Shown: positions 1-11,034, counted from the first letter of the stretch. The stretch: 45,001 bases of DNA from a virus (IMGVR_UViG_3300025676_000029:1-45001); one strand, 5' to 3'. A program made the numbers and translations. The notes: generated from the letters alone by a model not told the origin.

Positions 1-2
1 CC

Positions 3-680
3 GTTACGAGTTATGGTAACATGGAATTAGGGAGATGGGCCACGAGCAACGAATTCGACGGATATATGTGCAACTTCGGGGTATGGTCTAGTCACTTAAC
101 CCAACCTCAAATAAAATCCATAATGAATAAAAATTACGCAGATCTTACTGCTAGTGAAACATCAGATTTAGTTTCATGGTGGAATTTGGATAGCACGGTA
201 GATAGCGCTACGGAGGGCAGTAGTTTTGTTTATGATAATCATCATGGTGGTACCGATACTTTAAGTGGCGAATTAATAACGAACGGAACGCTAGATACAA
301 GTAGTGGATGGGTTATTGGAGATTTCACAATGAGCGGCACAGCTACAGTTACAACAGATGGCGGTAATCAATATATTCAACAAACCAACATGTGGGACAA
401 TAATGCTAAAGATGGTAAATTATTAAAATTATCTTGGGAGGTTGTAGAGAACTCTGATAGCATACAACTTAAAATAGGTGGTTTTTCAGGGGCAGAATTT
501 AGTGCCTCTACACTTGATTTAACTAGCACTGTAGGTTCTCATTCTATGTATATAGAGGTTGATGGAACTGGAAATGCTGATGCGATTGTTTTGTGGATTA
601 ATCATACGGCAGGTAAAACTTTAACAATAGATAATATTTCATTAAAAGAAGTTCAAGGTAACACAGGAAAACTATCATAA
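3..680 (+). CDS. 5'-truncated LamG/concanavalin A-like virion appendage protein with C-terminal CBM-like beta-sandwich
   Basis: The frame is open from the window edge (VTSYGN precedes the ATG at 21), so the real start is probably upstream. LamG C-terminal signature FDGYMCNFGVWSSHLTQPQIKSIM...LVSWWNLD, followed by an ELITNGTL...IDNISLKEV module. Confidence 0.7.
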   Translation, partial: VTSYGNMELGRWATSNEFDGYMCNFGVWSSHLTQPQIKSIMNKNYADLTASETSDLVSWWNLDSTVDSATEGSSFVYDNHHGGTDTLSGELITNGTLDTSSGWVIGDFTMSGTATVTTDGGNQYIQQTNMWDNNAKDGKLLKLSWEVVENSDSIQLKIGGFSGAEFSASTLDLTSTVGSHSMYIEVDGTGNADAIVLWINHTAGKTLTIDNISLKEVQGNTGKLS

Positions 681-3496
681 TGGCGACGACAATACAAACA
701 ATAGAAGTACCGAAAAAAGCCAGGGCGTTAGATACCTCTGGAAATAACAACCACGGACAAATATATTCTGGTCGAGGATTAGAATTTGATGGGGTTAGTG
801 ATCATTTACTTACGGGATACGGTGATGGATTAAATCCTTATACCACCCCTATAACCGTAGCTATTTGGGTTAAAACAGCAGCTGCGGATGGAAAGATATT
901 TATTGGGCCAACCGCAGGTACCAACCAAAGATTTTACATTGGTCACACTGGCGGGGTGTGGGACATGGGTATACAAGACTCCATCTGGAATAGCACTACC
1001 AATGAGGTGTCTGGTTTTAGTGACCAGCCAAGTTACGAGGTAGACACGTGGTATAGGATAGTTATCGTGATGAGCGCTGGGCAAGCCACTATGTATGTTA
1101 ATGGGGTAAAATCTTATGCCAAAACCTACACTTCTTACGTTTTTGATTCAGACATTACAATAGGAAGTTTTGGCGATAACACGTCTTATTATTGGGATGG
1201 AATGCTATCTGATGCTCAAATCTGGGACGCAGCATTCACACAAGCCGACGTAACGTACGACTACTTAAACCCAGAATCACTCGCTTTAAATAATAGTGGA
1301 ACAGCCTTAACAGAATCCAACCTTAAATTATGGTACCCAATGCAAGATGGTCATAGAGGCCAACAATCATATATTTTAGATGGTGCTAATAGTGGGTTGG
1401 TGGATGAGAAAGTTACTGATGGAAATTTTCCTTCAGGAACTACTGCTTGGACTTCAGATGCTTCTACTGTTTTTGCAGAAGGAAGTGTTACTTTAACGGG
1501 GGGAGGAGATTATAAAAATTTATTGGTGCAAACAAATGTTTTAGAAAGTGGTAAACTTTATAAAGTTACTTATACTTGTGATTTGAGTAGTGTTATATCA
1601 GGTTCATTAAAATTACAATCTTTTAGTGATGGCTCAGTGTCAAGGACAGTATTAGACGGAACAAATACAATATATTTAACTGCTAATGCAACTACCTTTT
1701 ACGTTGGTGAGGGAGGTATGAGTGGAACTGCTACACTTTCAAACGTATCAGTAAAACCCGTAAACGACAAAAACCACGCGACGACTGTGTTTCATGGGGA
1801 TGAGTTGGTTACTAATGGAACGTTTGCTAGTGGTACAACGGGATGGGATAAAAATACCAATACAACTCTTTCTGTTACTAGCGAGCAACTAGACATACAA
1901 AGTGGTGGTGGTAGTGGTGTATATGGATATGCTTATTCTACGGTAAATTTTGTTCAGGGTAGAGCATATAAAATAGATTTAGATGTTATATCTACAAATG
2001 TAGCATCTCATATAAGGGCAGGAAGTACGAGCTCTCTAGCTGGAGTCCCTACTAATATTTGGAATAGTGGAGATATTGGGGTAGGTAGCCAATCTATAAC
2101 CTTTGTGGCCGCGACCAATGCAACTTATTTTGCTATTGGCGGTAGAAATGATATGACTACTTTAGTGATAGACAACGTCTCTATTAAAGAAGTCGGCGTA
2201 GCCTCAGGTTGGACAGACGCAGACCAACAATTACATATACCGCAAACAGCTTTGCAATCGTATAATGAGTTGGCTTGGTTTGATGGAGAGGGAGATTACA
2301 TTGATATTAATCCATCGACAGCTATATGGAATGGAAGTGACGGAGAGTGGAACTCTGTGAGTTGCTGGGTTAACGAAACTGGATTAGATTCAGCTATATT
2401 TTATTGGAGTGCAGGTTTCAATCCTGGTTTGTATGTTAAAATCGATGGTAGTAACCACTTGATAGGGTATAATACTGGTAACGGAGAACAATTTGGTATT
2501 ACCATAGCCTCTACTAGTATAATTAACAAATGGAATCATTGGGTCATGAACTTCAAAAGAAACAGTAATTCTGACGACACAGCTATTAGTGGCTCGGATG
2601 TAGAGCTATTTTTAAATGGAGTGAAGCAAACTCTTAGTTACGTTTCTGGATCTAATAGCAACTCTTGTGATACAAGTACCACTCAAAATATAGAACTAAT
2701 GAGTCATGGTGCTTATTATTTCACTACAGGCGTTATGACGGAGGTGTCTACGTGGAAAGACCAGTTAAGCGATGCTGAGGTTTTAGAACTATTTAATGAC
2801 GGTAAAGCTCTAGACGCTTTAACTCATTCTAACGCCAATCTATCTGCTTATTGGAGAAACAATGGGTTAAGTACTTGGACTAACCTGGTGAACTCAGGTA
2901 CAAACGATGGCACTCCAACTAATGTCACCGAAACAATCCTAATCCCACAAGGCGTAGATTCTTCGCGAGATAATCAAGGATTTATAATGAATAAGCAGAA
3001 AGATACGAGTTGCTTGAATTTGACTAATGGCAGTGATGATCCACACGTAGATTTAGGTAGTGTTGCTACTGTAGCTGACGACGAGGCTTTTAGTTTTGTT
3101 GTATGGTTAAAACCCGATGATTTTACCGCTAATTATTTTATGGGTACTAGTTCAACTGACTATATAAGTGTAAATAGTTCTACTACGCTTGCCATGAGAG
3201 CGGATAACGCCACGGCTGTATTATTTACGGTAGACACTATAGTCCCAAAAGAATGGATTCATGTGGCTGTGGTTAAAAAAGCTTCCAATGATTTAGTCAC
3301 AATATATATTAATGGAGATGCAAGCGTTGACACCGAAACTTTAAACGAACCGTTTGACTATAGGTATTTAGGGTCTCAATATACCTCTAAAAGTTTCAGA
3401 GGAGCTGTAGACGGATTCTTGGTATACAACTCTGAATTAGACGAAACAGAAGTAACAAGAAATTATAACGCTACCAAAGGTAGTCACAGAAATTAA
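680..3496 (+). CDS. Multi-LamG / CBM-like virion appendage (fibre or spike) protein, 938 aa
   Basis: Three LamG-like units (LEFDGVSDH...WYRIVIV...MYVNG...WDGMLSDAQIWD; WFDGEGDY...WNHWV...LFLNG; WIHVAVV...IYING...FRGAVDGFLVYNSEL) plus two NG(T/N)F...NVS(V/I)K modules. Confidence 0.75.
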   Translation: MATTIQTIEVPKKARALDTSGNNNHGQIYSGRGLEFDGVSDHLLTGYGDGLNPYTTPITVAIWVKTAAADGKIFIGPTAGTNQRFYIGHTGGVWDMGIQDSIWNSTTNEVSGFSDQPSYEVDTWYRIVIVMSAGQATMYVNGVKSYAKTYTSYVFDSDITIGSFGDNTSYYWDGMLSDAQIWDAAFTQADVTYDYLNPESLALNNSGTALTESNLKLWYPMQDGHRGQQSYILDGANSGLVDEKVTDGNFPSGTTAWTSDASTVFAEGSVTLTGGGDYKNLLVQTNVLESGKLYKVTYTCDLSSVISGSLKLQSFSDGSVSRTVLDGTNTIYLTANATTFYVGEGGMSGTATLSNVSVKPVNDKNHATTVFHGDELVTNGTFASGTTGWDKNTNTTLSVTSEQLDIQSGGGSGVYGYAYSTVNFVQGRAYKIDLDVISTNVASHIRAGSTSSLAGVPTNIWNSGDIGVGSQSITFVAATNATYFAIGGRNDMTTLVIDNVSIKEVGVASGWTDADQQLHIPQTALQSYNELAWFDGEGDYIDINPSTAIWNGSDGEWNSVSCWVNETGLDSAIFYWSAGFNPGLYVKIDGSNHLIGYNTGNGEQFGITIASTSIINKWNHWVMNFKRNSNSDDTAISGSDVELFLNGVKQTLSYVSGSNSNSCDTSTTQNIELMSHGAYYFTTGVMTEVSTWKDQLSDAEVLELFNDGKALDALTHSNANLSAYWRNNGLSTWTNLVNSGTNDGTPTNVTETILIPQGVDSSRDNQGFIMNKQKDTSCLNLTNGSDDPHVDLGSVATVADDEAFSFVVWLKPDDFTANYFMGTSSTDYISVNSSTTLAMRADNATAVLFTVDTIVPKEWIHVAVVKKASNDLVTIYINGDASVDTETLNEPFDYRYLGSQYTSKSFRGAVDGFLVYNSELDETEVTRNYNATKGSHRN

Positions 3497-3506
3497 AAAA
3501 TAAAAA

Positions 3507-3866
3507 ATGGCACATTACGAATTATATATATGTTTAAAGAAATCAACTTACGAATCTACAATACCTAGTGTATTACAACCTAAACTTGGTTGGAATAACT
3601 ATACGTACGAAGAAGACGGTGAGACGATAGCTTCAACAACAGCTTACACTCCAACTTGGAAAGAAGCGGCGTTTAAAGGAAAACTAGGAGCACCTAGAAC
3701 AAGTCTAGATGGTAACTTAATAGTAATTAAAGGTGAATTTAGCTTAAGAACTGGTGAGTTATCTGCAATAATAGATCTAGGTAGCGGAATGGATTATCCA
3801 AACAACTCTGTACTTACAAAAACTGAAGCACAAACATTAGTGAATGGAGAACTGTTCACCGAGTAA
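3507..3866 (+). CDS. Hypothetical protein, 119 aa
   Basis: Clean ORF with A-rich leader, tightly packed after the LamG gene; no recognisable motif. Confidence 0.6.
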   Translation: MAHYELYICLKKSTYESTIPSVLQPKLGWNNYTYEEDGETIASTTAYTPTWKEAAFKGKLGAPRTSLDGNLIVIKGEFSLRTGELSAIIDLGSGMDYPNNSVLTKTEAQTLVNGELFTE

Positions 3867-3894
3867 TAAATTAAATTAACTTAAATTAAATAAA

Positions 3895-4185
3895 ATGGCA
3901 AAGAACACAACGAAGAAAATCAAGGAATTAAAGAAGGAAAAACCTTCTAAAATTACAAACGAAGAATTAAATCAAGTACAATCAGTAATAAACGATGTAA
4001 ATAGAGCTCAGTTAGAGATTGGGAGTTTTGAAAGTAAGAAGCATAATCTTTTACACCATGTAGCGCAACTACAAGAGAAGTTAGGTGAACTACAAGGTAA
4101 TTTCGAAAAGACTTATGGCACAGCTGATATTAACATCCAAGACGGTACTATAAATCATCCAAAGGAAGATGTCAAAACTGATTAG
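3895..4185 (+). CDS. Small coiled-coil hypothetical protein, 96 aa
   Basis: Heptad-like segment (LNQVQSVINDVNRAQLEIG...LQEKLGELQ) and AT-rich leader. Confidence 0.6.
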   Translation: MAKNTTKKIKELKKEKPSKITNEELNQVQSVINDVNRAQLEIGSFESKKHNLLHHVAQLQEKLGELQGNFEKTYGTADINIQDGTINHPKEDVKTD

Positions 4186-4390
4186 AAAAATTACCGTAGG
4201 TAAAGATTATAAGAACGACGCTATGCATTACGCTGTTGGGCAAGAAGTTTATGGTGGACATACTATTTGCGATATAATAGAGGAGAAGGAAAAATACTCT
4301 ATATTTATCAAGAAAAATAAAGATGTACTACCGTGGAAAGACTTTAATAAGAACATGGCTGTTTCTGTAGAATATAACCTAGAATATTGA
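4169..4390 (+). CDS. Hypothetical protein, 73 aa
   Basis: Overlaps both neighbours (17 nt and 4 nt), consistent with translational coupling. Confidence 0.6.
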   Translation: MSKLIRKITVGKDYKNDAMHYAVGQEVYGGHTICDIIEEKEKYSIFIKKNKDVLPWKDFNKNMAVSVEYNLEY

Positions 4391-4971
4391 TGAAAGCGCC
4401 TTTTGACTTTGTTATAAAGCCAAAGGGAAACAGATACAACAATACTACTAAAGTCGGAACTTCAGAATTGATACTTAATACTGAGGTTTATAATCACCAA
4501 TTTGTGAATAGACAAGCTATTGTTAAATCTGTTCCCACTGCTTTTGAATCAGAAATAAAACCTAAAGACGAAATTGTAGTTCATCACAATGTATTTAGAA
4601 GATGGCACGACGTCAAAGGTAAAGAAAGAAATAGTAGAAGTTTCTTTGATGAAAATACCTATCTAGTAAAAGAAGATCAAATATTCTTATACAAAAGATA
4701 TTGGAGGTGGAAAGCAGTAAAAGGATATTGCTTTGTACAACCTATAAAAGATACAAATTATCTTACAGAAGACATAGAAAAACCTTGCGTAGGTAAAATT
4801 GTATATACTGATGGTAGCTTCGAAGAGGGTGATTTAGTAGGATTCACACCTTTTTCTACCTATGAATTTATAATCGATGGTAAAAGATTATATAGAGTTA
4901 TGACCCAATTTATTACAATTAAATATGAATATCAAGGAAACGAAGAAGAGTATAATCCAAGCTGGGCATAA
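4387..4971 (+). CDS. GroES/Cpn10-like co-chaperonin, apparently two tandem GroES-like units
   Basis: Two similar units: FVIKP...ELIL...AIVKSVP...IKPKDEIVV and CFVQP...GKIVY...FEEGDLVGF...EFIIDGKRLYRV. Both match the GroES pattern (V.V.P...G.VV.VG...VK.GD.V.F...E...DG..Y). Confidence 0.6.
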   Translation: MMKAPFDFVIKPKGNRYNNTTKVGTSELILNTEVYNHQFVNRQAIVKSVPTAFESEIKPKDEIVVHHNVFRRWHDVKGKERNSRSFFDENTYLVKEDQIFLYKRYWRWKAVKGYCFVQPIKDTNYLTEDIEKPCVGKIVYTDGSFEEGDLVGFTPFSTYEFIIDGKRLYRVMTQFITIKYEYQGNEEEYNPSWA

Positions 4972-5200
4972 AGCAGTGGAGGAATTGATAAAGGTAGCTA
5001 AAGAAGCTATTGTTGATTCTGGAGATGATATTACTGCTGATAGACTAAAGAACGCCGCGGCTACTAAAAAACTAGCTATATTTGACGCGTTCGAAATACT
5101 TACAAGAATTCAAGAGGAAGAAAATCTACTTGAGGGCAGGGTACCTGAAGAGAGAAAGGAAACGGTCTTTAAAGGATTCGCAGAAGGTAGATCTAAGTAA
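4925..5200 (+). CDS. Putative terminase small subunit
   Basis: Small helical protein whose stop overlaps the TerL start (taATG at 5198-5202). Assigned by position only. Confidence 0.45.
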   Translation: MNIKETKKSIIQAGHKAVEELIKVAKEAIVDSGDDITADRLKNAAATKKLAIFDAFEILTRIQEEENLLEGRVPEERKETVFKGFAEGRSK

Positions 5201-7413
5201 TGTACAAGCAAAGTTTAGTTAATACGGTTGAGCCGATAAAAAGAACCACTATTACCAGAATGAACAGAGGTAAGAAGTGGAAGTACGGTTACAACAAAGA
5301 ACATGATTTAATTGTGTTGTCTCACAATGGAGTTATAGGTGAGATCATAGAAATACAAAATTTAATTATAGCGCTACCTAAACCACCTAAAGAAGTATAC
5401 AAGCACCAGAAGAACAAATGGGTGAAACAAGAGTATCCCAAAGAGTTACAAAGGATCAAGAATATATTCGATTGGAGGAGTTATCCGGAAAATAACAAAG
5501 AAAAATGGTACGATTACATAGACGAAGAGTTTAATCGAAGAGATAAGGGATTCTGGTTCACAAACAATGGTAAACCAACCTGGATAACTGGTACGCACTA
5601 TATGTATTTACAATGGAGTAAGATTGATGTAGGTGCTCCAGATTTTAGAGAGGCGAACAGATTATTTTTTATATTCTGGGAAGCTTGTAAGGCAGACAAA
5701 AGATGTTACGGAATGTGTTACCTTAAAAACCGTAGATCTGGATTTTCTTTTATGTCATCAGCTGAAACAGTTAATCTAGCCACTTTAACAGGTGATGCTA
5801 GATATGGTATACTTTCTAAAACTGGTTCGGATGCTAAAAAGATGTTTACCGACAAGGTAGTTCCAATTAGCATAAACTACCCATTCTTTTTCAAACCTAT
5901 TCAAGACGGTATGGATAGACCTAAAACAGAATTAGCGTATAGAGTACCGGCATCTAAATTTACAAGGAAAAAGATTACATCTAACGAAAAGTTAGAAAAT
6001 TTACAGGGATTAGACACAACTATTGATTGGAAGAACACTGGAGATAATAGTTATGACGGAGAAAAATTAAACTTATTAGTTCATGACGAAAGTGGTAAGT
6101 GGGAAAGACCCGATAACATATTAAATAACTGGAGAGTTACAAAAACATGTTTACGGCTAGGTAGTAGAATAGTTGGTAAATGTATGATGGGCTCAACTTC
6201 AAACGCATTAGACAAAGGTGGAGACAATTTTAAAAAATTATACAACGCATCAGATGTCACATCGCGAAATAGAAATGGCCAAACAAAGTCTGGCTTATAT
6301 TCTTTGTTTATCCCAATGGAATGGAACTACGAAGGATTTATTGACGAGCATGGATATCCAGTCTTCGATAATCCAGATAATGATGTCCTCGGACCAGACG
6401 GCGAATTAATAGATGTAGGTATAGTAGAGCACTGGAATAACGAAGTAGAAGGATTAAAATCTGATCAAGATGGATTAAATGAATTCTATAGACAATTCCC
6501 AAGAACTACAGAGCACGCGTTTAGAGATGAATCTAAAAATAGTATCTTCAATCTTGTTAAAATATACGAACAGATAGATTACAACGAAGGTATAGGAAAT
6601 TCATCAGTATTATCAGTTGGTAATTTTCAATGGGTTAATGGTGTGAAAGATACACAAGTAATTTTCTACCCAGATCCAAAAGGTAGATTCAAAGTAAGTT
6701 GGTTTCCACCAAGTCACATGCAGAATAAAATCATAATGAAGAACAACGTGAAATACCCCGCTAATGAACACATGGGAGCTTTTGGTTGTGACAGTTATGA
6801 TATATCAGGAACTGTTGATGGTAAAGGATCGAATGGAGCTTTACACGGACTAACAAAGTTTTCAATGGAAGATTGTCCACCTAATCACATGTTTTTAGAA
6901 TACGTGGCTAGACCGCAAACAGCTGAGATATTTTTCGAAGATGTACTGATGGCTTTAGTATTTTACGGAATGCCATTACTTTGTGAAAACAATAAACCTA
7001 GGTTACTGTATCATTTGAGAAGAAGAGGTTATAGAGGTTATTCTATGAATAGACCAGATAAGCTTTGGAACAAACTATCTGTAACAGAAAAAGAAATAGG
7101 AGGGATACCTAATTCAAGTGAAGATATAAAGCAGGCTCACGCGGCTGCTATTGAGATGTACATACAGAGTCACGTAGGTCATTTAGGTGATGGAAATTAT
7201 GGAAACATATATTTTAACGAAACCTTAAACGACTGGAGTAGATTCGATATAACAAAGAGAACTAAATTTGATGCATCTATTAGTTCTGGATTAGCAATAA
7301 TGGCTTGTAACAGAAATCTGTACAGACCCAACGCTAAAATTGAGAAGCAAAAATTAAACATAAATATTGCGAAGTATACTAATACTGGAAACGCATCAAA
7401 AATAATAAAGTAA
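5200..7413 (+). CDS. terL: Terminase large subunit
   Basis: Walker A variant YLKNRRSGFS, Walker B LLVHDESGK, motif C MMGSTSN, and RNase H-like nuclease acidic motifs FGCDSYD, LCENNK and KFDASIS; lies directly before the portal. Confidence 0.93.
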   Translation: MYKQSLVNTVEPIKRTTITRMNRGKKWKYGYNKEHDLIVLSHNGVIGEIIEIQNLIIALPKPPKEVYKHQKNKWVKQEYPKELQRIKNIFDWRSYPENNKEKWYDYIDEEFNRRDKGFWFTNNGKPTWITGTHYMYLQWSKIDVGAPDFREANRLFFIFWEACKADKRCYGMCYLKNRRSGFSFMSSAETVNLATLTGDARYGILSKTGSDAKKMFTDKVVPISINYPFFFKPIQDGMDRPKTELAYRVPASKFTRKKITSNEKLENLQGLDTTIDWKNTGDNSYDGEKLNLLVHDESGKWERPDNILNNWRVTKTCLRLGSRIVGKCMMGSTSNALDKGGDNFKKLYNASDVTSRNRNGQTKSGLYSLFIPMEWNYEGFIDEHGYPVFDNPDNDVLGPDGELIDVGIVEHWNNEVEGLKSDQDGLNEFYRQFPRTTEHAFRDESKNSIFNLVKIYEQIDYNEGIGNSSVLSVGNFQWVNGVKDTQVIFYPDPKGRFKVSWFPPSHMQNKIIMKNNVKYPANEHMGAFGCDSYDISGTVDGKGSNGALHGLTKFSMEDCPPNHMFLEYVARPQTAEIFFEDVLMALVFYGMPLLCENNKPRLLYHLRRRGYRGYSMNRPDKLWNKLSVTEKEIGGIPNSSEDIKQAHAAAIEMYIQSHVGHLGDGNYGNIYFNETLNDWSRFDITKRTKFDASISSGLAIMACNRNLYRPNAKIEKQKLNINIAKYTNTGNASKIIK

Positions 7414-7416
7414 AAT

Positions 7417-9831
7417 ATGGCAGAGTCTGTTATAAATAATTTCCCTAGTCAAGTTGTAAGTGATGCTGAAAAGCTTAGTTACGACTATGGGTTAAAGATA
7501 GCTAAGGCTATAGGAGAAGAATGGTTTAATAATGATAGAAACTCCAATAGACACAGGGTTAGTAATAATAATTTCCACAATTTAAGATTGTATGCTAGAG
7601 GCGAACAATCAATACAAAAATATAAGGATGAGTTATCTATAAACGGTGATTTGTCCTATCTTAATTTAGATTGGAAACCAGTTCCTATAATAGCTAAGTT
7701 TGTAGATATAGTCGCGAACGGTATAGCTGAAAGAACTTATGATATAAAAGCGTTCTCACAAGATCCCTATGGAGTGTCAGCAAGAACAAAATATATGGAA
7801 AATATATTAGCTGATATGCGTTCTAGAGAGTTTGATCAAATGGCTATGCAAGATTTTGGAGTTGACACTAGGTACAGCGAAGATACTCTACCTGATTCAC
7901 AAGAAGAGTTACAATTGCACATGCAGATTAATTACAAGCAAGCTGTTGAATTAGCAGAAGAACAAGCTATAAATGTTTTAATGGAAGGTAGTAAATACGA
8001 ATTAATAAAGAAGCAATTTTATTACGATTTAACCGTGCTCGGAATAGGTGCTGTTAAAACTTCTTTTAACACTTCAGAAGGAGTGGTTATTGACTATGTT
8101 GATCCTGCTAATTTGGTTTATTCTTACACTGACTCTCCTTATTTCGATGACATATACTACGTAGGAGAAGTTAAAACTATTCCAGTAAATGAATTAGCTA
8201 AACAATTTCCTCATTTAACGGAATCTGATCTAGAGGACATAATGAAGAATAAATCTACGAGTAGATCAAACTACAATTCAATCCACACCGAGAACAAAGA
8301 AGATAGCAACACAATACAAGTTTTGTATTTTAACTACAAGACTTATATGAACGAGGTGTACAAGATGAAGGAAACTGGATCTGGCGCTGAAAAACTAATA
8401 CCTAAAGACGACAGTTTCAATCCACCAGAAAACAAAGAAGGTGGGTACTCTAAATTACATAGATCTATAGAATGTTTGTACGACGGGGCTTTTATACTTG
8501 GTACTGATAAACTACTTAAATGGGAGATGTCAAAAAATATGATGCGTCCTAAAAGTGATTTTACTAAAGTAAAGATGAATTATTCTATAGTTGCTCCGAG
8601 AATGTACAACGGAAAAATAGATTCTTTAGTTAGCAGGATTACCGGGTTCGCTGACATGATTCAGTTAACGCACTTGAAATTACAACAAGTAATGTCACGT
8701 ATGGTGCCAGATGGGGTGTATCTTGACGCAGATGGTCTTGCTGAAATAGACTTAGGTAATGGAACAAATTATAGTCCACAAGAAGCGTTGAATATGTTTT
8801 TCCAAACCGGTAGTGTTATTGGGAGAAGTTTTACTTCAGAGGGTGATATGAATCCTGGTAAAGTACCAATACAAGAAATACAATCCGGAAACGGTGGAGC
8901 TAAACTTCAAAGTTTGATCGCTACGTATAATTATTATTTACAAATGATAAGAGATACTACCGGATTAAACGAAGCGAGAGATGGCAGTATGCCAGATAAA
9001 AACGCATTAGTTGGGGTACAAAAACTAGCTGCTGCTAATTCTAACACAGCCACTAGGCACATATTACAATCTGGATTATTTCTAACTGCTGAAGTAGCGG
9101 AATGCTTATCTCTTAGAATATCTGATATTATAGAATACTCTCCAACTAAAGATGCGTTTATACAGGCTATAGGGGTTCACAACATGGCTACATTAGAAGA
9201 AATGAAAGATCTGCATTTATACGATTTCGGTATATTTATAAATCTGTTACCAGATGAAGAAGAAAAAGCTTTATTAGAGAACAATATACAAATGGCGCTA
9301 CAGCAACAAACCATTGATCTAGAAGACGCTATAGATTTAAGAGAGATTAACAGTATTAAACTAGCGAACCAATTATTAAAAATAAGGAGAGTTAAGAAGC
9401 AAGAAAGAGATAGACAACTGCAGTTAGAAAACATAAAAGCGCAATCAGAGTCTAACACTCAAGCAGCTCAAAACGCAGCTCAAATAGAAATGCAAAAAGA
9501 TCAAATGTTAACCAACGGTAAGTTACAACTAGAACAAACGAAATCCCAATTAGACTCTCAAAAAATGCAACAAGAAGTTCAATACAAAAAAGAACTAATG
9601 CAGCTAGAGTTTGAGATGAACATGCAGCTAAAGCAGATGGAGGTTAGTGGGAATAGGGATAGGGAAGCTCAAAAAGAAGATCGTAAAGATCAAAGAACAA
9701 AAATACAAGCAACACAACAATCAGAAATGATTGACCAAAGAAATAATCAAAAACCACCTAAAAACTTTGAATCAGCAGGTAATGATATAGTAGGTGGTGG
9801 ATTTGATTTAGGGGCATTTGAACCCAATTAA
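7417..9831 (+). CDS. Portal protein with long Gln-rich C-terminal coiled coil (P22-like barrel)
   Basis: 804 aa directly after TerL; YDLTVLGIGAVK and IRDTTGLNEARDG portal-like segments; Q/E/K-rich C-terminal helix. Confidence 0.85.
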   Translation: MAESVINNFPSQVVSDAEKLSYDYGLKIAKAIGEEWFNNDRNSNRHRVSNNNFHNLRLYARGEQSIQKYKDELSINGDLSYLNLDWKPVPIIAKFVDIVANGIAERTYDIKAFSQDPYGVSARTKYMENILADMRSREFDQMAMQDFGVDTRYSEDTLPDSQEELQLHMQINYKQAVELAEEQAINVLMEGSKYELIKKQFYYDLTVLGIGAVKTSFNTSEGVVIDYVDPANLVYSYTDSPYFDDIYYVGEVKTIPVNELAKQFPHLTESDLEDIMKNKSTSRSNYNSIHTENKEDSNTIQVLYFNYKTYMNEVYKMKETGSGAEKLIPKDDSFNPPENKEGGYSKLHRSIECLYDGAFILGTDKLLKWEMSKNMMRPKSDFTKVKMNYSIVAPRMYNGKIDSLVSRITGFADMIQLTHLKLQQVMSRMVPDGVYLDADGLAEIDLGNGTNYSPQEALNMFFQTGSVIGRSFTSEGDMNPGKVPIQEIQSGNGGAKLQSLIATYNYYLQMIRDTTGLNEARDGSMPDKNALVGVQKLAAANSNTATRHILQSGLFLTAEVAECLSLRISDIIEYSPTKDAFIQAIGVHNMATLEEMKDLHLYDFGIFINLLPDEEEKALLENNIQMALQQQTIDLEDAIDLREINSIKLANQLLKIRRVKKQERDRQLQLENIKAQSESNTQAAQNAAQIEMQKDQMLTNGKLQLEQTKSQLDSQKMQQEVQYKKELMQLEFEMNMQLKQMEVSGNRDREAQKEDRKDQRTKIQATQQSEMIDQRNNQKPPKNFESAGNDIVGGGFDLGAFEPN

Positions 9832-9861
9832 GTAAATTATTAATTATTATTATATTATATT

Positions 9862-11034
9862 ATGGCAAAAAAGAAAAAAGAAACAACTGAAGAAGTTGTA
9901 GAAAAAGTAGACAACGTAACTAAAGTCGATCTAAAGAAAACTGAAGACGATGATGTTATAAAAGTAGATTTAAGCAAACCACCAACACCAAAAGAAAATG
10001 AAGAAATTAAAGAAGACGTTACTGACGACGGAGGAGTGGTTGAACTCGTTGAAGATACCGACCCCACACAAGAACAAGAAGAAGTACAGTCGGAAACTGA
10101 AACACAAGAAACTCCAGTCTTAGAAGAAGTAACAAACGAAGAGGTTGAAGAATTAACCGAACAAGTTGAAGAAGCGGTTGCTGAAGCTGAAGCTACTGGA
10201 AAAGAACTTCCTGAGAATATCCAGAAGTTAATGGAGTTTATGGAGGATACTGGAGGTGATTTAGAGGATTATATCAAACTAAATCAAGATTATAGCAAGC
10301 TAAATGAAAGCGCTTTGTTGAAAGAATATTACAAACAAACTAAAACTCATTTAGATGATGAAGAAATTAACTTCCTTATGGAAGATCAATTCTCTTACGA
10401 CGAGGATATAGATGACGAAAGAGATATTAAAAGAAAAAAATTAGCATTAAAAGAGCAAGTTGCCAATGCTAAGACTCAGTTGGAGGAGAATAAATCCAAA
10501 TATTACGAAGATATCAAGGCTGGTTCGAAACTTACGGGTGAACAACAAAAGGCTGTTGATTTTTTCAATAGATACAACAAGGAATCAGAAGGAACTAAAA
10601 AAGCGGCTAAAAAGAATACTGAAATATTCGAACAAAAGACCAATAATCTTTTTAACGATAAATTCAAAGGTTTTGAATATAACATCGGTGAGAAAAAATT
10701 CAGATTCAACGTCAAAGACGTAGGTGGAGTTAAACAATCCCAAAGTGATCTTAATGGCTTTATGTCAAAGTTTGTCAATAAAGACTTATCATTAAACGAT
10801 GCTAAAGGATACCATAAATCTCTGTTTACCGCGATGAACGCTGACTCAATTGCTAATCACTTTTATGAACAAGGTAAAGCTGACGCTTTGAAAAACAGCG
10901 TAGCTAAATCTAAAAACATTAGTATGGATCCACGCCAGCAACATAGTGGCGAGATCAACGCTGGTGGTATTAAAGTAAGGGTGCTTGGCGAAGATTCTAA
11001 TGATTTCAAATTTAAAATTAAAAACAAACAATAA
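9862..11034 (+). CDS. Putative capsid scaffolding protein
   Basis: Highly acidic low-complexity N-terminus plus helical C-terminus, located between portal and capsid genes. Confidence 0.65.
   Translation: MAKKKKETTEEVVEKVDNVTKVDLKKTEDDDVIKVDLSKPPTPKENEEIKEDVTDDGGVVELVEDTDPTQEQEEVQSETETQETPVLEEVTNEEVEELTEQVEEAVAEAEATGKELPENIQKLMEFMEDTGGDLEDYIKLNQDYSKLNESALLKEYYKQTKTHLDDEEINFLMEDQFSYDEDIDDERDIKRKKLALKEQVANAKTQLEENKSKYYEDIKAGSKLTGEQQKAVDFFNRYNKESEGTKKAAKKNTEIFEQKTNNLFNDKFKGFEYNIGEKKFRFNVKDVGGVKQSQSDLNGFMSKFVNKDLSLNDAKGYHKSLFTAMNADSIANHFYEQGKADALKNSVAKSKNISMDPRQQHSGEINAGGIKVRVLGEDSNDFKFKIKNKQ

Noticed and set aside
5200-7413. Intein or intron in TerL
   Set aside because: Motifs are continuous at plausible spacing, with no C...HN intein ends or homing endonuclease motifs noticed.
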